Positions 59,317 to 64,000 of a stretch of 64,000 bases of DNA are shown in pieces. The notes below the pieces were generated by a model. That model searched no databases. It saw only the letters and a program-made list of their open reading frames with translations, and was not told the DNA's origin. Numbering within the stretch: position 1 is the first letter of the stretch; each line of letters begins with the position of its first letter. Made by a program: the position numbers and the translations under genes. This DNA comes from an uncultured Winogradskyella sp. (GTDB lineage: Bacteria > Bacteroidota > Bacteroidia > Flavobacteriales > Flavobacteriaceae), in NCBI GenBank assembly GCA_913061495.1, contig CAJXVG010000001.1:26286-90285 (forward strand), written 5' to 3'.

Positions 59317-59326
59317 AATTATTGAT

Positions 59327-59668
59327 TTATAGATTTCTATTTAATAATCCTCCTTGAAATATATGTTCTAGTAGAGGCTCGTTTTTTCGATATTTATAAC
59401 ACTCTTCAAGTGTTGGTCTATACCATTCCTGTATAGGTTTTAATCTAGGCTCAATATTTGTATAAAATGTGCTTGTCGCTTTCTCGCCACATTTTACACA
59501 GTCGTTAAGGAAAGGAGTAACACCTTTATTTACATCAATAGTTTTAGTAAGATGTTTGCATGATTTACATACATAAGTGTTTATCCTATTTTCTTCAACT
59601 TCACCTTTCAAATCAGGTATTTGTAACATTTTTTTATACCTTCTTTCTACTTCTCGTTTGCTTATCAT
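59327..59668 (-). CDS. Zinc-ribbon hypothetical protein
   Basis: Two CxxC, GVTPF, EWYRP, GGL. Confidence 0.65.
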   Translation of the reverse strand: MISKREVERRYKKMLQIPDLKGEVEENRINTYVCKSCKHLTKTIDVNKGVTPFLNDCVKCGEKATSTFYTNIEPRLKPIQEWYRPTLEECYKYRKNEPLLEHIFQGGLLNRNL

Positions 59669-59670
59669 AC

Positions 59671-61728
59671 CTAAACAGTTTCAGTTTCCAATTTCTTAGC
59701 AAACTCCCATTCTGAATACGTCATCGGCACTTCCGAAACCCTTAGTGTTTTGTCTGGCTTGGAAACAATGAGATTAATGACCTGAGATTCTGTAGGTATC
59801 AATTCTACCACGCTCTCTCGGTTATCAATAAATACCGGTGCACTCGCCTTGTAGTGCATACATAGTGTATTGATGATATCAAGTCCTGCATTTATCTTAC
59901 TGGCCGTGTTGGCATCCGAAAACGGGACTCCGTTTATCAGTGCCTTGCACGTAGGAACTTCAGCTCCGTTGATCTGAGTTTCAAATAATTTAAAGTTGAC
60001 CAGGCTGAAACGGCTGTTTACCGATTGCTCTATACGTGTTGATTTCTCTTTCTCGAACTCTTCCATTGTGAACATCTCACGCTCCAGGTCCGCAATCGCT
60101 TGTGCTAAATTGCTTTCTTCTTTAGAAAGTTCATCGATACGAGTGTTTGAAGCTTCAATTTGCTGTTCCTTTTGAAGTCGGTTTTTTATAGAATCACGCT
60201 CAGTATTCAACGTGTCTAACTTTGCCTTGAGTTCTGATATATCGACCTTTGGTCTGTTGTTAAGCGCCTTTTGCTTGGACTTAATCTCGTTTTGTTTTGA
60301 TTCAAAAAACGGTTTATTTAAAACAATCTTTTCAGTATAGAACTCTGATTGATTTTTATCAATAGAAGCTTCTTTTAGTTGCTCGGATAAGTCAGAACGC
60401 GTTTCCCAAAGCTTTTTGTTTTCAAGCTCATCATCTTTAACTGATGCCTCAAGTTCTGAAACATTGTTTTGTAAGGTCATTTTTTGACCAGAAAGTGATT
60501 GTCCGTTTTCTGTCAAGGTTTTAAGCTTAGCATTTTTATTGCTGGTAAAATGCTCCTGCAGATCCTTACGCTTATCCTCTATATCTGATGCATCAAATTT
60601 TCGCTTACACGTAGGACATGCACAATCTTCATCATCCATCTTAAACTGCTTGGCATTCTCGTCCTCCCACTCTTTTCTCAGATTGGCAATGCGCTTGTCA
60701 AAATCCGCTATCTGGTTTTTGTAATTACCAATCCTAGAATTATTATTGGAAATAGCAGAATCGTTAGCTCTTATATCTGCATCTATAGCATTTATTTTAC
60801 GCTGTATTTTCCTTGGCTTTTCCAGAGCTTTATTGTAATCTTCAGATGCCAGTTGTTGTAGCTCGTGCTTCTTGTTGCTGATTTCGGTTTCAATGCCATG
60901 GATTTCTTTTTGGATTTCCGATTGCTTATCGATATCAGCCTGTTGTGCCTTTAGCTTATCTGAAACCTGATCGTTAACCTCTGATATTTCTTTAGCCTTT
61001 ATCTCCAGTTGGGTTTTAAGGTGTTCAAAATTCTCAACCTCTGGCTTACTCCGTTCCACTTCATCTATTCTGGTAGGAATGGCCTGAAGCTCTTTCTTTG
61101 ATTTTAGAATATTGGCCTTCACTTCTTTTTTTCGCTCGTCAAAAGACTTGCCAATAAGCTGTTTTAAAAGATTTTCAAATTCATCATTGCCCTTGGCCAC
61201 ATCCGTATCCGTGATGTTACCAGACATATCTATAAGTACACTTCGTTGGTCCTGCCATTTCAGTGAATTGAAAGCTGCAGGATTAGTGATCATCTTGAAC
61301 ACCTTTTCATCTATGATGGTATTTATCTTTGAAGTGAACTCAGATGCATTCATTGGTACACCATTCCATTCGTACACGGTTTCATTACCAGTATATTCAG
61401 CTTCTAAACTGCCTTTTCTCTTAACCCACTTTTGGCGCATGATTCTGGTAAGTTCCACACGCTCTCCATCTACATCCAAAATTGCAGAAACCACAGCTTC
61501 AATTTTTGGAATTATATTATTGTGAGCATCTAAAGTTTGAACCTCAAATGCTTTTCTGTCACTACTGTCCTTACCGAACATAAGCCAAGTAAAAGCATCA
61601 AATATGGTGGTCTTACCTACACCGTTGTGTCCGTAAATGAAAGTCTCATCTGAGATTTCATTTAACTTCAGTGAGCGTATGCCCTTGAAGTTTGTGAGCT
61701 GTAGCGCTCTGATTTTAATTGTTTTCAT
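59671..61728 (-). CDS. SMC/Rad50-like AAA ATPase
   Basis: LTNFKG, GHNGVGKT, coiled coil with CPTC hook, FIDNRES. Confidence 0.88.
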   Translation of the reverse strand: MKTIKIRALQLTNFKGIRSLKLNEISDETFIYGHNGVGKTTIFDAFTWLMFGKDSSDRKAFEVQTLDAHNNIIPKIEAVVSAILDVDGERVELTRIMRQKWVKRKGSLEAEYTGNETVYEWNGVPMNASEFTSKINTIIDEKVFKMITNPAAFNSLKWQDQRSVLIDMSGNITDTDVAKGNDEFENLLKQLIGKSFDERKKEVKANILKSKKELQAIPTRIDEVERSKPEVENFEHLKTQLEIKAKEISEVNDQVSDKLKAQQADIDKQSEIQKEIHGIETEISNKKHELQQLASEDYNKALEKPRKIQRKINAIDADIRANDSAISNNNSRIGNYKNQIADFDKRIANLRKEWEDENAKQFKMDDEDCACPTCKRKFDASDIEDKRKDLQEHFTSNKNAKLKTLTENGQSLSGQKMTLQNNVSELEASVKDDELENKKLWETRSDLSEQLKEASIDKNQSEFYTEKIVLNKPFFESKQNEIKSKQKALNNRPKVDISELKAKLDTLNTERDSIKNRLQKEQQIEASNTRIDELSKEESNLAQAIADLEREMFTMEEFEKEKSTRIEQSVNSRFSLVNFKLFETQINGAEVPTCKALINGVPFSDANTASKINAGLDIINTLCMHYKASAPVFIDNRESVVELIPTESQVINLIVSKPDKTLRVSEVPMTYSEWEFAKKLETETV

Positions 61729-61732
61729 AGTA

Positions 61733-61873
61733 TTATAGATTTATAGATTTCGATTTTTCGTTCTTTAGCATGAGATCCATTAGCTCCTTTTCATCTTTAT
61801 TCAGTTCCTCATAGGTTTTGTTCTCAAGTACCACTCGTCCGTTTTTAATTTCAAGTTCCAGATCAATCTTCAT
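61733..61873 (-). CDS. Small hypothetical protein (46 aa, not in ORF track)
   Basis: MKIDLELEIKNGRVVLENKTYEEL..; fills the gap in the operon. Confidence 0.5.
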   Translation of the reverse strand: MKIDLELEIKNGRVVLENKTYEELNKDEKELMDLMLKNEKSKSINL

Positions 61874-62141
61874 TGTGCTCTTCTATTAGTTGGTCCATAA
61901 TCTCGAAAAGTGGACTTTTGTCCATGCCTTGTGAAAAGGCAATCATCTGGTAAGCAAAGCTCATTGTCAAAGTGCTTCCCTCAGAACAGGTCAAAAGCCT
62001 GTGGTAAAATGCCGCCAACTGCTCGTCCGTCCTACAGGCTTGGTGTTCATCATAAAGTTTCCATAGACCCAAATTGACTAGTGGGTTACCCACTTCGATT
62101 TTTTTGAGTACATTTGCATTAAGATTCTGATTGTCATTCAT
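61863..62141 (-). CDS. Hypothetical protein
   Basis: Operonic ORF. Confidence 0.6.
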   Translation of the reverse strand: MNDNQNLNANVLKKIEVGNPLVNLGLWKLYDEHQACRTDEQLAAFYHRLLTCSEGSTLTMSFAYQMIAFSQGMDKSPLFEIMDQLIEEHNED

Positions 62142-62190
62142 TGCATTCAGTATTTATAGATTTAGAGCCATTCCCCACGAATGGCTTTTT

Positions 62191-62394
62191 TTATTTTGCT
62201 TTTATATCCTCGATGAATTCCATCGCCAACTTCTTGATACGACCGCCTAAAAACCTTATCAATAGCCCAACCGCCAATAAAAGGATACCGGATATGAATA
62301 TGGTACCATCAGACATAGTGCTGTAATACATTACCATCAGAGCAATTGCCATTATGCATATGAAAGCTGCTTTGTATGCAAAATCGTTTTTCAT
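62191..62394 (-). CDS. Two-TM small membrane protein
   Basis: Two hydrophobic helices. Confidence 0.6.
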   Translation of the reverse strand: MKNDFAYKAAFICIMAIALMVMYYSTMSDGTIFISGILLLAVGLLIRFLGGRIKKLAMEFIEDIKAK

Positions 62395-62579
62395 CCTAGC
62401 TGTGTTTTCCTTCTCTTTGACAAAAGTTTTTCCTTTTGGCTCTTAGAAAGCGTTCTTAAATTAGAGCTGTCCGAACCACCAGACAGCTCCTCTCTTAGTG
62501 TCGAAGCTTCCTTCATCAAAAGGCTTGCGTTCAACTCAATGCGCTCTAGGCGCTTTATTGTTTTTTGGGTTGGGCTCAT
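62391..62579 (-). CDS. Hypothetical protein
   Basis: Coupled ORF. Confidence 0.55.
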   Translation of the reverse strand: MSPTQKTIKRLERIELNASLLMKEASTLREELSGGSDSSNLRTLSKSQKEKLLSKRRKTQLG

Positions 62580-62857
62580 GATGCTACTAATAATGAAAGA
62601 GCGTTTTTTGCAACACTGGCTTTCTCTATTTCAGATTTACAATTGTTAATTGCTATTAATATCAACTGTTCTATAGCCTTAGAGCTAGACTCAGTCATAG
62701 TATGGGTTCTGTAAACAACGTTTCTTACAGTTGATGGACCAACACCAGTAATTTCAGATACTTTAGCACGATCATGTTTTGTAGCATGTTTTCTTAAATA
62801 AGCTGACAATTCTTCGCTTATCAGTTTCCCGTAATCTTCTTTTGTAAATGATGCCAT
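62576..62857 (-). CDS. HTH-like (Cro/CII-position) regulator
   Basis: RAKVSEITGVGPSTVRNVV HTH pattern. Confidence 0.6.
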   Translation of the reverse strand: MASFTKEDYGKLISEELSAYLRKHATKHDRAKVSEITGVGPSTVRNVVYRTHTMTESSSKAIEQLILIAINNCKSEIEKASVAKNALSLLVAS

Positions 62858-62878
62858 TTTTATAGTTGAATTAATTTT

Positions 62879-63211
62879 TTAATATGATTCTGTTTTATAA
62901 ACCTTGAAATGATTCGCGGTCTTGGTATTTCTTGGTAGTCGCCTGACGTTTTGAGTTGTCATAGAAAAAACCGCAAATAATTGAACAGCAAGACACATAA
63001 GTGCTGCAAAGTATTTTTTTGGATTTTTCTGTGAGAGTATGTACTCCCTAACTAGATCGGCAACATTGTTAAGGTTGTTCTTTCTGAAAATGTTGTACTT
63101 GTGATTGGCAACGGTCTTAGGGCTAACACAGAGCTTATCGGCAACTTGTTTTTCAGAAAAGCCAAGTGAAACCAATTTTGCAATTTCAGATTCTGTCTTT
63201 GTTAGTTCCAT
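62879..63211 (-). CDS. LuxR-type HTH regulator, first early gene
   Basis: LTKTE.EIAKLV..G.SEKQVADKL.VSPKTV.NH..NI.RK. Confidence 0.85.
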   Translation of the reverse strand: MELTKTESEIAKLVSLGFSEKQVADKLCVSPKTVANHKYNIFRKNNLNNVADLVREYILSQKNPKKYFAALMCLAVQLFAVFSMTTQNVRRLPRNTKTANHFKVYKTESY

Positions 63212-63287
63212 GGGTAATTTGCCTTAATTCTTATTTCAATCCTTGCTTTGTAATTGGTTTTTATATTACTTTGTTGTAACAACAGTA

Positions 63288-63340
63288 CAAATATAAGGAC
63301 ATTTGTCCGTATTAAACAAATTTTATTTGGAATTTTTTCC
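63288..63340 (-). promoter_or_regulatory. Early leftward promoter with two candidate repressor operators
   Basis: -7 TATATTTG (63288-63295), -33 TTTG (63317-63320); palindromes GGACATTTGTCC 63297-63308 and GGAATTTTTTCC 63329-63340. Confidence 0.65.
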
Positions 63341-63350
63341 ATTTTTATTT

Positions 63351-64000
63351 ATGAGGGATATCTACGAAGACATAAAGAGTATAAAAAAAGGGCTAAAACT
63401 GAACAATGATGAGATAGGCGGTCTTATTAATAAAAGTGGTGACGCGTTTAGAAAAGCGGTTGGTAGAAAGAGTCTCAGCGATTTTGAAATTAAAGAATTG
63501 TTAAAATTTCTTTCTGGCATGAATACGGAAAAAAATCCAGAAGTGTTGTTGGAAATTCAGGAGGCCTTAAACACAATTCGGAAAAAAATCCACAAAAACA
63601 AACAATTATTAAGGGATAAAATCCTAACTATTGAAGAAGAATCAAATTTACTGGATGAAATAAAAGGTGATCCCGCCTATTTTGATATTTTTTCTGATGA
63701 AGAAAGTCCAATAGTGAATCTAGTTCAGGAACAAAGCGATAATTATAACAAAGGCGTACCCTATTACGATCTTGATTTTACTGCCAGCTTTTTAGAAGTA
63801 GAAAACAATCAAGACGTTAAACCAGATAGTTATATTTCACATCCATTTTTCAAAGGCTGTGATTATGTAGTTAGAGCTTCTGGTCAATCCATGGCAAAAG
63901 TGATTAGACACGGTGATGCCATTGGATTAATAAAAATAAATGATTGGCAGGAATTTCTCCCTTTGGGCGAGATTTACGCAATCGTCACAAGAAATGGTTT
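63351..64000 (+). CDS. CI/LexA-like repressor with S24 peptidase domain (3' truncated; not in ORF track)
   Basis: N-terminal HTH-like segment, GVPYYDLDF, VVRASGQSM..I.HGD; divergent from the early operon. Confidence 0.85.
   Translation, partial: MRDIYEDIKSIKKGLKLNNDEIGGLINKSGDAFRKAVGRKSLSDFEIKELLKFLSGMNTEKNPEVLLEIQEALNTIRKKIHKNKQLLRDKILTIEEESNLLDEIKGDPAYFDIFSDEESPIVNLVQEQSDNYNKGVPYYDLDFTASFLEVENNQDVKPDSYISHPFFKGCDYVVRASGQSMAKVIRHGDAIGLIKINDWQEFLPLGEIYAIVTRNG

Larger units (their letters stand above)
16680..64000. mobile_element. Temperate prophage (probably siphovirus-type) integrated at tRNA-Phe; right end beyond window
   Basis: Integrase right after tRNA; lysis, tail, head, terminase, DnaB, RecT and CI modules; no sheath gene recognised; attR not visible. 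Confidence 0.95.

Noticed and set aside
16804..64000. Amber stop-codon recoding in the prophage
   Set aside because: Genes are intact in the standard code, several end in TAG at sensible positions, and no suppressor tRNA is seen in the window.

Overview
Low-GC Flavobacteriaceae-type chromosome segment. 1-16.5 kb is ordinary host core: ComEC (5' truncated), thioredoxin-family protein, POT peptide transporter, DPP-IV, HMG-CoA reductase, GHMP kinase, SurA/PpiD, hemolysin/CBS, LptC, TPR, outer-membrane protein, CoaX. From tRNA-Phe (16629-16704) to the window end lies a temperate, probably siphovirus-type prophage; its right end (attR) is outside the window. It carries integrase, lysis, fibre-like, tail, head, packaging, replication and recombination genes, a LuxR/CI switch and its own initiator-type tRNA-Met. 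The most striking unexplained signal is a covarying H-type RNA pseudoknot (GGAGN..NCUC-AACAA..) in the 5' leaders of three morphogenesis operons. In every copy its 3' strand can alternatively pair over the downstream AUG, which suggests a translational switch for phage late genes. Also notable: three integron attC-like sites enclosing two gene cassettes; a ~24-bp site whose inverted copies flank an apparently inverted 18-kb head-tail block; fibre-like genes with Sec signal peptides; programmed-frameshift signals; and a PcfK/AcrIIA9-like gene. All calls are from reading the sequence by eye; no searches or folding programs were run.
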